Shown: positions 19,461 to 33,370 of the stretch, one piece after another
Position numbering within the stretch: the stretch's first letter is position 1
Layout: each line of letters begins with the position of its first letter
Source: the human T2T-CHM13v2.0 reference genome, Homo sapiens
Direction: 5' to 3'
NCBI GenBank assembly: GCA_009914755.4
Contig: CP068257.2
Location: 21,440,001-21,504,000 of the forward strand
DNA: 64,000 nucleotides
Position numbers and translations under genes: made by a program
The notes under the pieces: model-generated
What the model was told of the DNA's origin: nothing
The model's database searches: none
Seen by the model: only the letters and a program-made list of their open reading frames with translations

Positions 19461-20111
19461 ATTTTTAAAGGGATTTTAGGGCCCTAATATAAGCAAATGA
19501 GGATACATTCCATATTGAAAAAACTTACACTTTGAGTTTCATATGAAATTGAAAAATTGTATTTTTTCACAATGTTTCATTCTTACACATCTCTATGTCT
19601 CTATAAAAGTAATATTTACAACCCTGAATAAATAAGCAATAGAAAAATAAAACAGACAAGGACATTCCAAGAAGTGAGAACCACAAACCTATCTATCTGC
19701 CTCTCATGACAGTAGATAGGAAATCTTAGGTATTTGAAAATTAAACTTCATAATAAATAAGAAAATTCACAACCAAAATGAAGATGACATCGTAAAAGTT
19801 GAATTAGATTATATATTGTACCAGATAACAATTTTCCTCAATTGTTTTTACAGGTTTAATAAAATGTCAATCAAAATACATTGAGTATAGAATTTTTCAA
19901 GCTAATCTCAAAATACATATAGAAACATGAAAGGCTAGTAACAGAAAAATGGTGAAAATTTTTTAAAAAAGAGAGGGCAACACAATCAGATATAATAATT
20001 ATTATAAACCTATAATGAAATAGACATTCCATTAATGGTAGATTTTAGACAATCCAAATAATGGAATGAAAAATAGGCCCACTAATATTAGCTCTGCTTA
20101 ATTTAAATCAC

Positions 20112-20150
20112 CTGAATTTATGTATGTATGTGTGTATGTATGTATGTATT
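20112..20150. repeat. (ATGT)n microsatellite
   Basis: The run atgtatgtatgtgtgtatgtatgtatgtatt is visible directly. Confidence 0.7.
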
Positions 20151-20575
20151 TTTAACTTTGAAGTTCAGAGGTATATGTGCAGGTTTGTTACATAGGTAAA
20201 CTTACGTCATGGGGGTTTCTTGTACAGATTATTTCATCACCCATGCATTAAGCTTCCTACTCATTAGTTATTTTTCCTGATGTTCTCCCTCCCCCACCCC
20301 GTTGTGACAGGCCCCAGTGTGTGCTGTACCCCTTTATGAGTCCATCTGTTCTCAATATTTAGTTCCCAATTATAAGTGAGAACATGCGGTATTTGGTTTC
20401 TGTTCCTGGTAAGGATAAAGGCCTCCATCTCCACCCATCTCTCTGCAAAAGACCTGATCTCTTTCATTTTTGTGGCTGCATAGTATTCCATGGTGTATAT
20501 GTACCATATTTTCTTTATCCAGTCTATCATCAATAGGCATGTAGGTTGATTCCATGTCTTTGCTATTGAGTCACT
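20150..20575 (-). mobile_element. Older L1 (L1PA7+/L1PB-like) 3' end, 5'-truncated
   Basis: The reverse complement matches the L1 3'UTR and ORF2 C-terminus (tttttaactttgaagttcagaggtatatgtgcaggtttgttacataggtaaac...cccaattataagtgagaacatgcggtatttggtt...ggctgcatagtattccatggtgtatatgtacc). It is more diverged than the other two L1 3' ends. Confidence 0.75.
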
Positions 20576-20920
20576 TGAATTTATAAAAGGATGACACCAC
20601 AAAGAAAGTGTCTCCTTTGTAAATAAATGGTGATGCCTCACTGGATATCTACATATTAAGGAGAAATTATTGAACTTTACCTTACACTAAGTACAAAATA
20701 AATTTGAATAAACTGTAGACTTAATTGTGAAATGTAAATGATAAATTCATAGTAGAATTTATTTAGTAGATAAAATCTTCATGATTTTATGGTAGATTTA
20801 TTTTTAATAAAACATAGAATAACAATGTGTAAATAAAAATTTAAAATATCTTTATCATCAGAGGACAAAATATGAGAATAAAATATCAAAGCATAATTAC
20901 ACATAAGTATATACACGAAT

Positions 20921-21100
20921 ATGTATGTGTATATATAACACATATATACACATACATATATGCATATATGTGTATATGTGTATATATGTGTATATGTGTG
21001 TATATATGTGTATATCTATATGTGTATATATGTGTATATCTTTATGTGTATATATGTGTATTGATATATGTGTGTATAGCTATATGTGTATATTTCATCA
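20921..21100. repeat. Minisatellite of roughly 12-bp units (TATGTGTATATA)n
   Basis: The tandem tgtgtatatatgtgtatatgtgtgtatatatgtgtatatctatatgtgtatatatg explains the ORFs 20872-21162 and 20925-21374 (CVYMCI repeats). Confidence 0.85.
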
Positions 21101-21229
21101 TCCTAAAAAAATTGACTCTGATTTTTATTTTTCAATTTTACTTATTTTTGTGGAAGGACTGACCTCTAGGGGTTCTTATTCTGCCATTTTGTGTGATGTT
21201 ACTTCCTTATGTTACATCCAGTTATACAA

Positions 21230-21360
21230 ACATATCTATATGTGTATAAACACATATAGATATACAGACACATATATACACATATACACATCTATACATG
21301 TATCTTTGTATATACACATACATATATGTATGCATGTAATGTATATAAATATATGTATAA
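21230..21360. repeat. CA/TA-rich compound simple repeat
   Basis: The run cacatatagatatacagacacatatatacacatatacacatctatacatg... is visible directly. Confidence 0.6.
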
Positions 21361-21396
21361 TATTTTTCTTATAAAGGATTCACTTTTGTAGATAAT

Positions 21397-21460
21397 TTTT
21401 TTTTTTGAGACAAGGTCTTGCTCTATTGCCCAGGCTGGTCTTGAACTCCTGGGTGTTAAT
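21397..21460 (-). mobile_element. Short Alu/FLAM-like fragment
   Basis: The sequence tttttttttgagacaaggtcttgctctattgcccaggctggtcttgaactcctgggt fuses left-arm and right-arm Alu motifs. Confidence 0.35.
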
Positions 21461-22158
21461 ACATGATGTTATTCTGTGGTACCCATTTGGCCCCAGTGTT
21501 CCTTGGAGTGTGAGAAGATTTGGACTTTCAAAATCGAACTACCACAGAAACTGCTTTACCCAAAATTTTGGTTCACAGCCTTCACTGGATTACACATTGG
21601 GACACAGTTTAGCCATGTGAATATGTTAATAGACCATTCCATGTGAAATTTCTGAGATTAAAGCTATTAGAGCTTTGTTTATGTATGTGAATGCATTACA
21701 TATTTCGATTTGTTTATGTATATATACAATTATTATATTACATTGTGTACCAAATTAGCCTAGAAATAAAGTAAACAAGTACTTAATAAATAAAGAAGTC
21801 CAAACAATTTTCAAGTTCATGTGACATAAATAAATCTGTCATAAAAAAGCTGGCTTTAAAATTATTAATCAGATAAAAACTAAAATGTATTAAAAATTTT
21901 CAGCATATATTTTTGTCTGAGTTTCACGTTGGTCCTTGCTAAATATTTTGAGGTGTCAGGGTTTGGCACAAAAGGTTAGAAAACTGTAAACCATACAAAA
22001 ATCAAAAAGGGCTTTGTACGAGTTTTTTGACAAATAAGACATTTAATATTGTTAGTTTAACAAAAACAGCTGAATCTTCTGAGTTATTGGCAAAAATACC
22101 AATGTATTTCACCTTAACATTCTTACTTAGGTAAATACCTGATATTCACAGGCCATTA

Positions 22159-22395
<237 letters not shown>

Positions 22396-23380
22396 TTAAA
22401 ATCATAATTGTCTAAGATCTCAGTTGTAGAAGTAATTGAAATAAACTCTAATTTTAACAAAATTAAGTACATATAAATGAAGTAAATGCCTGTAAGTAAA
22501 CTTTTAATGTAATCTAAAATCTTAAAATTATTTTTGATGCTCCTTGAATGTCTGTGTCATTTCTAATTAAGAAAGGATTTTAGAGAAAACATGTTTTTAA
22601 AAACTAAAATGTTCTCATCTATAAAATAGTAATATCTGATAGATACTTTAGGATTTCTTGCATCCTAATTTTCACTCAAATTTAAGGTTTCAAATAATAA
22701 AAATTATAATTAATACAAAATTCTGTATATAAACATGTCAAAGAAGATGTGTTCTTATTAAAATTCAGAAATTTTCTAGAGGTTAATTGAAATTTTGGAC
22801 TATGGTAAGTTTTTTGTCCTAAAATAAAATGACTAGCTATTTTTTTTTAATAAGACAAAATAGGAAGTCCAAGTATGCCATAGATCATCTGTGTAAGTAA
22901 TATGTAGTCTTTCCCTGTTTCTCTATGTGTCTGTCTTTATATCGATACGGAGAAAATAAGAAATTATAAAAGGTAAAATAATAAAATATTGTTTAAAACC
23001 TGATAAAAATTGAAGAAATTTGGATAATTAACAGTGTTCATAGTTAAATCTCTTAGTCTTAATAAAGATAAAATATAAAATATTACAAAAATACATTGAC
23101 TTTTGGAAATTTTGTTTTAATATAGTTAAGCATGAAGTCAGATTTAGCATGGAGCCAAATTTCACATAAATGCTTATATTGCTAGGTTTCATACTATATT
23201 TGCTATTCTGCATAAATAGTAAATTGTGTTAAAAAACTGGTCGTGTGCTTAAAGAACATTTCTTAACTGCACAAAATATATAGTGGTGTTGGTGGACTTA
23301 AAGACATTAATATACATAACACACATATATATTTGCTATTATTTTCACGTATTTACTGTTTGTTTTACTTTGGGTTTTAC

Positions 23381-23460
23381 ATATATACATGTGTGTGTGT
23401 GTGTGCGTATAACTCATTGGTTTTACATGTGTGCATGTGTGTGTACATATATATATATGT
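23381..23460. repeat. (TG)n/(TA)n microsatellite pair
   Basis: The runs catgtgtgtgtgtgtgtgcg ... catgtgtgtgtacatatatatatatg are visible directly. Confidence 0.7.
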
Positions 23461-23763
23461 AAAACCATTGATTTATTTAGTTTCTAATGGAAGGCTTGTA
23501 TTTGGTTCTATAAATAGTCATTTTATTTCCTAAGCATTTTCAACAATTCATCATTAGCTCTATCTATTTAAAATTCCTAAGTTACCTTTGTCAAGACTCC
23601 AAAAAATGATAGACCACACCAGTCATTTGAAATTGGATTGGTTTTGCTTACCTCTAATAATCTAAAGAGCTAGAAGAACTTTAAAGTTCCTTGAAGGAAA
23701 GAAAGATTTCTTTCTATAAATTCTAAACAGAAATAATACATTACTTTATTATTTTTAAATGTA

Positions 23764-24045
23764 GTTTGGACATGGTGACTCATGCCTGCAATCTTAGCAG
23801 TTTGGGAGGCCAAGGTGGGTGGACCACTTGAGCTCAGGAGTTCCAGATGAGCTTGAGTAACATGGTGAATCCCATCTCTACAAAATATACAACAGTTAGC
23901 TGGGTGTGATGGTGCACTCCTTTATTCCCAGCTACTTGGGTTCTGAGGCAGGAGGATCACTTGACCCCAGGAGGCAGAAGTTGCAGTGAGCTGAGATCAC
24001 ATTGCTGCATTCCAGACTGGGCAACAGAGTAAGACCCTGTATTAA
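23764..24045 (+). mobile_element. Older Alu (AluJ-like)
   Basis: The copy runs from ttggacatggtgactcatgcctgcaatcttagcagtttgggaggccaaggtgg to ctgggcaacagagtaagaccctg plus an A-rich tail. It is more diverged than the other Alus. Confidence 0.85.
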
Positions 24046-25408
24046 AAATAAATAAAATTAAATTAAAATTAAAAAGTAAGTAAAAATAAAAATATTTAAA
24101 TGATGTTTATTTTCTAAGTAATTCAATTCAATCAATACTTTGAGTTGGTTTTAGATCTTTTCCTTTAGGTGATGAAACAAACTTATAATATGGGTACAAA
24201 ATTTTAAAAGTTCAGAAAAAATTGGCCCTGTTCTTAAAAATTATATTCACTTGGATTTCTCTCAAATGACTTCAGATGTGTTTACCATTATTAAAATTAA
24301 GTGACATTCACTTGGATTAAATAATAATAAATTAAAATATGAGGCTTTCTAGTACTTTTTAATTCCAAGCCTTTATCACTGTTTGGACTTCATGTGTGTA
24401 TTTAGAAACAAAATATGTACAAATATTGCACTGCTTTAAAGATTGTAGTGGTAAAAGATACCTGATCAGTTGTCAGTACTCTTGTCTAAAAATCAATCTT
24501 AAAAATATGTAATGATACTCATTTAAATAGGAAATAATTACTGTGCGCTTTTGCTTACCTTGTCCCTGTTTTGTTACATAATATTCAAATAAAAGGGGAT
24601 TATTTATCCTCATACTTGATTTCCAGAACTGATATTGGCATTTACCATTGTTTTTTAAATGGTAGGGGGAAAAATTAATTGTCTTACTTTCCTATGTTTG
24701 GCATAAGACCTATCACATTTCTGATGCTTTTGGTCACAGTTCTGTCTCTAGAATGCCAGCAATTAGATATATGCAAGGAGTAACCTCACCACTTTAATAT
24801 AATGGTTTAAAGTGCTATGAGCAATAACTACTAGACACCAATCACAGTGTTTTAATTTGTGGCATGGTAGAGAGAATGATAGGACTTTCTGCAGTATAAA
24901 TGTGCTGTTAACTAATCTTTGTGCTAATAAATTACAGGTTTTTACTCCTGGGTCTGAAAAAGTCATCAAATCTTGGTAATTCTTAGACACTGACATCAGT
25001 CAAAGCCTCATCTGCAGACCTAGGAGAAGGTGATAATAAAAATGAACTGCTTTTGTGAGACACGGGGCCAGAAATTAAAACTGTTCAATTGCTCTAGGCC
25101 CAAGCATTATTTCAGAAGAGGTGGGTATGTGAGATTTTAAGGTCTGATTTTGAGGGATAAAATTAATTCATAGTTTTTCTGTAAGTCAAACATTGATATC
25201 AAAAGCACACTAATGCAAGGCCAGTATCTGGGCCCCTCTGTCAGAAAAAATAGAGTTTTCTTGGAGCATTAATATGCTCCTTAATAAAAAATTATAAATG
25301 CTTTTCAAAAATTTTACCTTATGGTCAAACTGATTAAAATTAAATAAGTTTGTTTATAAAGTTGTAATAAAATTAACTTTAACATTAACAATACAACTTA
25401 TAAAGTAA

Positions 25409-25837
<429 letters not shown>

Positions 25838-28800
25838 ATGCAGTCTTTACTAAGTCATATTGTTTGAGAAACTGTATTTTATTCAAAAGAAAGATTTTCA
25901 TTGGTTTTAAATATTTAAATTATCATTTTGATCAAATGAAAGATTATTTTATAGTGACCTGTGATTCTATTTTGTGATATCAAGTGTGATATTTGAAAAA
26001 CATCGACAAACTTTCCACAAGCAAACTTTCAAGTTCTAATTTCAGTATTTTTGACCTCAAACTAAATTTTTCTGGATATTGGGTCCCCTGAAGTCCAAGA
26101 GAGACATATTAAGCTTATTTGGTATATTAAAAACATAAAAAACATCATCAAATATAGTGTTTAAATTTATTTAAATTATATTTACATAAATGTTAATAGT
26201 ATATATTCCAAAATTATATGAGATTAGTAAAATTCTAATATGTCATATATGTTGTCAGAAATGATTATAATTATATTAAATAATTATATGCCTAAAAATA
26301 ACCAAATTTCCTTGTCAACAGTTTCTTTAACTATGGCTGTCCTAAGACTTTTGCCAGTAAAAATCTGTTTACTTTTATAACAAAACACACATAGAGGAAC
26401 TTTTTATTTTGCCAGGGCTTTGGCTGACATGATATATTTTCACATGTAAGAATACTGATTTGAAAAATTAATATTTATTTTATAGAGCCAATGAAAACTC
26501 ATAAGGAGGAATAGCCTTGTATCTTATCTGTGCAGTTCCTTAGTAGGGTTCCTGGTCTGTGATAAGTAGACAGTATCACTTTCTGAACAGGCCTAGGAGT
26601 CTCAAGTTGTTGTGAGGCCTGAATAAAAAAGAAGTTCACACAGTTCATGTACATAATCTGCAGGTGCGGGTGAATCCTTGGTTGGGCTGGAGAGGCCTTT
26701 AGAGGTCAAGTCTGAGATTCCTTGTGAGAGGTTTCATCAAAGCCAATTTAGGAAAGCCTCTATGGACAATGATTCTTGCTATACTTTGTGTGGGTAATTA
26801 GGCCTGGTATAGTGAGACTAAAGCTTATTTTATAGGTAGGTTAGTTCTGCTACAATTTGTCCTTGAGAAAAGTAGGGGATCAGAAAAAAAATTGTGTTTC
26901 AGAAAAGAAACTATAATATTAAATTAACCTTTAATTATTTGGGGGGACATGTGGTCATTCATGGTATGGAGATGCCCAAAACACCCCTCCTCAACATGAA
27001 ACAGCCAAAAAATAAAAAAAATCAACGACTAGATTCCCGTGATTGAGGAATTAGTAATTAGAAAGTGGAGGGACTGAAACAAGCCCAGTTGTTCCATGTA
27101 ACTAATGTTCATAGTTTCTTCTAAGTAACATAGAAATTGACCCTGTCAGTCTTAAAATTTGAGAAAGTTACATTTGTATTATCTGAATTCCTACCTCAGG
27201 GAATCATCAGCCCTCCCAGGTAGTATCACAGAACTAAAATTTACTGGATCACCGCTTCCAGACAATGAGAGGCCAAACCCCTTATCCGTCCTGATTACCT
27301 GACCAACTACCTGCTTCCTGTTGACCAATTCTTCTTTTCCCCTCTCTAATTCCTGTTGTTTTACACGTGGTAACATTTCCTTCCTGCTGTATGAAGCCCT
27401 AATTTTAGTGGGTTGAGGAGATGAATTTGAGACTAATCTCCCATCTCACTGGCTGCTACACACAAATTAAGTCTTCTTCCCTGGTGATACTCATTGTTCC
27501 AGTGAGTGGCTTTCTGTGCAGCAAGTAACAGGATGTAGGCCACACTCCTGGTTTATCATTTACAGTGTCCATGATCTGGAAGGAGGAAGAATAGGGAGAT
27601 AGCATTTAATGGGTATAGAATTTCACTTGCAGAAGATGAAACAGTTCTGAAGATGTTGGTAATGGTTGCATAACTGTGAATAATATACTTTATTATACAA
27701 TTGTAAATTGTTAAAATGGTTAATTTATGTTATGTATGTTCAGCCACATACACACAATGGCTTTTCTTTGCTCTGCAATTAAGTTCCAAACTCCTTTGGA
27801 CATTCAACATTCATATATTATCTGTTCCCTGCCTACTTCTCTAAGGTAACTTCACAATTCTGTGTTTCTTTCTTTCTTTTTTTAATTTGATTCTCTTTGT
27901 TTTTGGTTCTGTGGGGTTTTTTGTCTCATAACCTTGAAATTGCAATTTTTTTAACCCTCTAAAGGCCCCATTTTCCTGGGTCTTCTTTTAGTTGACTAAT
28001 TATCAACCTTTTAGCCTCAGCTATAATATCATTTACACAGGCAGACTATGCTAATTAACAGCCTCTCACAGGTTCATACATAGACCATTCTTCCACCTCT
28101 CTCTCTCTCTGTCACAGACACACACATCAGTATATGTGTCCACTACAGTATATATCCTAGTATATATCCACTACAGTGTTTATCACAATACAAACCAGTT
28201 TTCACTTATTTGTCTTTTACTGATTTTTTTTCTTTATTTAATTGAATATAGTATCATTAAGCCCTGGAACATTGTTTCTCTCATTTAATGGAATATCCTT
28301 ACACTGAAAACTAGACTATCACCTAAGTATATTTCAGAAAATATATGTTAAGTTACTGACAGCATCATTTGCTACAGGTTTTTATTATACATCATATCCA
28401 CATTAGTTTGTTTTAGCAAAGTCTTTAACATGATCATTTCTCTGTTCTTAAAACAGAAAGATAATTAACTCATGTTTTAAATGGACAAATTTGGCAGTTC
28501 TGATATCAGAATTATGGTCACAACTAATGTGCCTCAGGGATCATGTGCATTTTGTAAATCTATGCGTATATAGATGAAGACAACAATAAGAACTGAACAG
28601 TGGAGAATTAAAGAGAAAATAATTTATATGAAGGTATTTCTTGCTATTAAAAGTACTCTGCTCACCAAGTAAAACAGGTCTAGATATATACAAATGGCAA
28701 AAATCACAGTGGAAAAATAAACATATTTCAAAATTTTTTCAAGCATGTCAACAAAATTTATTTTAAATACATAATATATAGAAAATACATAAAACATGAA

Positions 28801-31413
28801 GGTTTTTTAAATACATGGCATTTGCCAAATTTGTACTAATTTTACCAACATAACTACTAAGATATCAAATATAAAAATAAAAATGATTACAGCAACTTAT
28901 TTTATTTTCACAAACAGCACTTGGATATTACAGTATGTTGTCATTTTTAAAAAATATTGTTATATGATAGCTATCTTATGAGTGAGTTTTTAATGAATCA
29001 ATTAGTCAAATTTAAAATAATGTTAAATTATTTGAGCAGTGGGCCATTTCTTCATCTTAGAAAGTTCTCCATCATTTTTCTGTAATACTTCTCAACTCAT
29101 TTCTGTTCTAAAAATATTTCAAGAGAAATAAAATTTTGCCTGTTTATTCTACTAAATTACTGGTTTATGAAGTTTCTTCCAACCGCTTGTGATCAAACTC
29201 CACTAAATGCTAAAAATGTAATTTTAACACTGTGTCTTTTATAGATATTCAGTATGATAATGTCTCTTTAAGAAAATGTGTTCTGATTTTACTTCTTGCG
29301 GGAAAAAAAACTCTTCGTAATTCCTTGTTATCGATCTATGTAAGATTTATAAAGCAGCTGTCTATCACGTCTGGCAGACCAGATAAAGGCTTAAATATCT
29401 TTTCTGCTGATATATTAAAGACTCAAGGAGTGATGAAGATTCATTGAGATTCTAATGAATACTGTGATTTTTTTAAGAGAATAATGCAAACTCATAACTA
29501 ATAAGACTTGTGAACATCTACGTCCTCAATTTTAAAAAGTATAATATTTTAAAAATGGATAGCATGGTAAAAGAATAGTTTCTATCTTTAGCGCATCACT
29601 CAGTAAACATGAAGATATGTTAGAAAATAAGAAGAATATGAAATGAAGATTTCACAGTAAATATTACATTTAGAAATCTATATATATTCACACCTATATA
29701 TATATTACCCTAAAATCACATTATGAAATGTCACAGCTGGTATTTTATAATTTAGAAATGTAAGCCGTAGACCATCAATCAGAAGGCTCAAAATCACACA
29801 AAGCAAATAAATATGATTTGCAGAGCAGACATGAAGAAAAATTTTGGAGAGAGAAGTTGGCTTCTACAGTGATGTAAGAGGATTTTGCTATCCAAGTTGT
29901 CTGAAGATTATTGAAATGGCATTCATGAAATCACTAAGAGTTTGTAGTATATACCTTGCCTTTAGAGAACGCCACAGAATGTCATGTCTAAGGCAAAAAT
30001 GGGAATAGTTGCTTTGGGTTCAATCTGCCCTCTCAGAGGGTTTGGGGACATAGTTGAGCCAAGAGTGTTAGAAAGTCAGCTCAGGGCCATTTGAAAGTGA
30101 GTCCTAGAGAACCACGGGGAGAGGTGAGATGACTTCAATAGTGAGAGTCTGTGAGTGAAGGATTAAGGTAATGCCAGGGATGGGTGAAACGTTCATTGAT
30201 CACGTCACAGGAATTGTCATGACAGCATAAAAATGTCTGAAGAGTGTCTCAAAAAGTTCATGAAAGTGTCAGCTTTGTACAGCTGCCAGTGCAGAGACTG
30301 TAGAGCAGCTTACACTACCATCTATCACATACTGAGAAAGAATATTCCTGCTCCTCTATTCAATTCTTCCACCATTAACACTAGCTGTGTAGCAAAATAA
30401 TACATGACTCTCTACTCATGTTAAGTGGCAAGCCCTATTCTTGATTTAGGAATTAAAAGTTTCCATTCAAAAGTGTTAATTCATATTTCAATCACGAATT
30501 CAAAAATAATACTCTTTCTCTCCAGATTGCCAGGCCATTGCCATAGAATGACAGACAAAATTATCATTTGTTGCCTCTCTCCAGCTCCTAGCTGCAGTTT
30601 GAGCCAGCTTCTAGGCAAGGCTGCAGCTGAGGGTAAATCCTAGTGAATTTTATAGCTGTGCATCTTCAGCAGCTGATAGTCTGAAAACTAAAGAGTTGAG
30701 TGTGCAGATTGTGAATAAGGGATTTGGGAAGGGCATAAAAGAGCCCACTATGCAAGTCATTCTCAAATGTAAGCTTGCCTTACCATCCGCTCTAGGGCAT
30801 TTAACAACATGTATTTCAGGACCGCAGAGAATGTAATTTAGTAAACCTAAGGTGTGGCAGGTAAATTTGCAATTCCAAGTAATGCAGATGCTGATAGTGT
30901 GGGTACTACATTAGAATCGCCACACTCAGGGAGTCATAGATAAGATAAATAATTCACTCAAATTTTCACAATAAATGAGTTATATAGACCAGAATCAAAT
31001 CAAGCTTTCTAACCCAATCCCACAATTAGGTCTCTATATCTAATTACTTGCCGATGTTGTCACTTATGTATATAGTAGATTATAAATGAAGTGGATATTA
31101 GGGAAAAAATCCTGGTATATGCTGGAGGTTTTAATTTTATATATATATTTATAAAATTTCATTATAAGTTAAATTTTGATAAACTATTTTTTCACATGTA
31201 ATATAAAAATTTCCTGGCAAACACTGTACAATTATGTAATTCTAGGAGTAATTTTATTATGACATTTTACATCTGATCAGCATTTTGAAGAAAAAATTAA
31301 ATAATCTTTTCAAATCTACATAATAAATTATGTAGTTGAACATCAACTTTGGAAGTTGTTTTATTATGGCTTATTCACAAGCATTTTAATGTTTTTCCCC
31401 ATATATCTATATG

Positions 31414-31424
<11 letters not shown>

Positions 31425-31448
<24 letters not shown>
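31425..31448. repeat. (GT)n microsatellite
   Basis: About 12 uninterrupted GT repeats are visible. Confidence 0.9.
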
Positions 31449-31451
<3 letters not shown>

Positions 31452-32090
31452 ATATATATCGTGCTTTATTTTAACTCATAAGACTTTATATACTGGAAAT
31501 TGCTTTTTTATGAAGAGTGGTAAACTCACACGCATTAGTCATATTTGTGTACCTTCAATAGTGTATACGAAGACAGAAGCATTCTTTAATTCAAGATAAC
31601 TCAGTTGAAAATAAAGGCTGCAAAAATACAATTTTTAGAGATTAGTTCTAGAAATGAAGCATGTGCTTTGCCAAATCACATTGAACAAATTAACTTTTTA
31701 CCTTTTCTTACTGACAATTTGGACTTGATGGAGAGAATATAGTATTCCATGATTAGAGTAGAAATATTTGGAAAAATTCAAATACATTATGGAATCCTGA
31801 TCCCTCAGATGCTAAGCAACAATCATTTATTAACCCATGAATAATGGTCTTGATAGGTTTTGTAATCGTTTTGTAATTGCTTTTATTTTATTTACCAAGC
31901 TATTTAAGAGTTTTATTTCATTCAATATAGTGCATTAAATATGAATTTGACAAAAAGCAATCAAATTTTTGGGAGTGTTTTATCTTCAATAGCCACAAAA
32001 ACCTGGAAAAATGAAAAATTTATTAAGAGGATATAGGGCAGGTTTGGTCATCTGTCTACCAAACTAGAGATGACACCACATTTCAGGAAT

Positions 32091-32456
32091 GGTATTAGTC
32101 TGTTTTCATGCTGCTGATAAAGACATACCTGAGACTGGGCAATTTATAAATAAAGAGAGGTTTAATGGACTCACAGTTCCACGTGGCTGGGGAGGCCTCA
32201 CACAATGATGGCAGAAGACTAAAGGCACGTCTTACATGGCAGCAGGCAAGAGAGAATTAGAGCCAAGTGAAAAGGGAAATGCCTTAAGAAAACCATCAGA
32301 TCTTGTGAGACTTATTCACTACCACAATAACAGTATGGGGGAAAATGTCCCCATGATTCAGTTACCTCTCACCGGGTCCTTCCCATAACACATATGGTGT
32401 ATGGGAGCTACAATTCAGGATGAGATTTATGTGGGGACACAGCCAAAAAATATCAG
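32091..32456 (-). mobile_element. THE1-family ERVL-MaLR solo LTR
   Basis: The sequence from ggtattagtctgttttcatgctgctgataaagacatacctgagactgggcaatttataaataaagagaggtttaatggactcacagttcc to gggacacagccaaaaaatatcag is the reverse complement of the THE1 consensus (TGATATGGTTTGGCTGTGTCCCC...TATTAGCAGCGTGAGAACGGACTAATACA). Confidence 0.8.
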
Positions 32457-32770
32457 GAGTTAAGCACAATTACTCTACAGGAAAAAATGACCCTAATATA
32501 TAATAACAGCATTAAGCTTGGGTAACCAATGCCTAACTCAGTTGGTGACCCTATGGCAATTAGATGAGAAACTTTTCCAGGATCTGAAAAGTAGATAGAC
32601 ATATTTGCTCAGGGCACTCAAAGCTACTGCCAGAAAAAATTTATTTAAAATAGTTATTTAAAATAGCATCTTTTTGATATGATTAGATTTATTAGCTTTA
32701 TGATACGTCTGACTGTTCATATCCAAATTAATGCAAGCCCTCACGGTCATCTCACTTTTTTTTAGAATAT

Positions 32771-33065
32771 TAGATACATACATACATATATACATAAACA
32801 TGATAGAGATGATAGGTAGATAGATTAGATAGATAGATACATACATACATACCTAAACATGATAGAGATGATAGGTAGGTAGATAGATACATACATACAT
32901 ACATAAATATGATAGAGATTATAGGCAGCTAGATTAGATGGATAGATACATACATAGATACATAAACATGGTAGAGATGATAGGTAGATAGATTAGATAG
33001 AAAATAGATATATAGATAGATAGATACATAAACATGATAGAGATGATAGGTAGATGATAGATCAT
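32771..33065. repeat. Compound (GATA)n/(TACA)n microsatellite with a higher-order period of about 75-80 bp
   Basis: The block ...acatacatacataaacatgatagagatgataggtagatagattagatagatag... is repeated about four times. This explains ORFs 32658-32846 and 32929-33117. Confidence 0.85.
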
Positions 33066-33179
33066 CATTTAGATATGAACGATAGGGCTCTCTATATATA
33101 TATTCATGTGTATGCATATGTATTTTTCATGTATACACATATTTTTTCATGAAAATGCTATTTTGCTGTCTTTGAATAT

Positions 33180-33370
33180 GGAGTAAAAGGACAGAAGCCA
33201 AGGAATACAGATGGCCTCTAGATGTGCAAGGCCAGGAAATAGATTCTCCCCTAGAGCCTCCAAAGGTAATGCAGTTTTGCCAACCCACTTCAGATTTCCA
33301 ACCTCCAGAACTGTAAGATAATAATGTTGTGCTATTATAGCCCACTTAATTTGGAGTAGCTTCTTACAGC
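33180..33370 (+). mobile_element. MaLR LTR 3'-end fragment
   Basis: The sequence ...caacctccagaactgtaagataataatgttgtgctattatagccc resembles the MaLR 3' terminus (ccagaactgtgagaaaataaatttctgttgtttaagcc). Confidence 0.4.

Noticed and set aside
20872-21374. ORFs of 96 and 149 aa rich in C, V, Y, M and I
   Set aside because: They are pure translation of the (TATGTGTATATA)n minisatellite. The same applies to ORF 63770-63994 and to the GATA-array ORFs 32658-33117.
30760-30960. Possible fragment of a palindromic MER-type DNA transposon (…ctacattagaatcgccacactcaggg…)
   Set aside because: Only a short and imperfect resemblance to the common cattagaatcacctgggg repeat motif. It is not supportable without a search.
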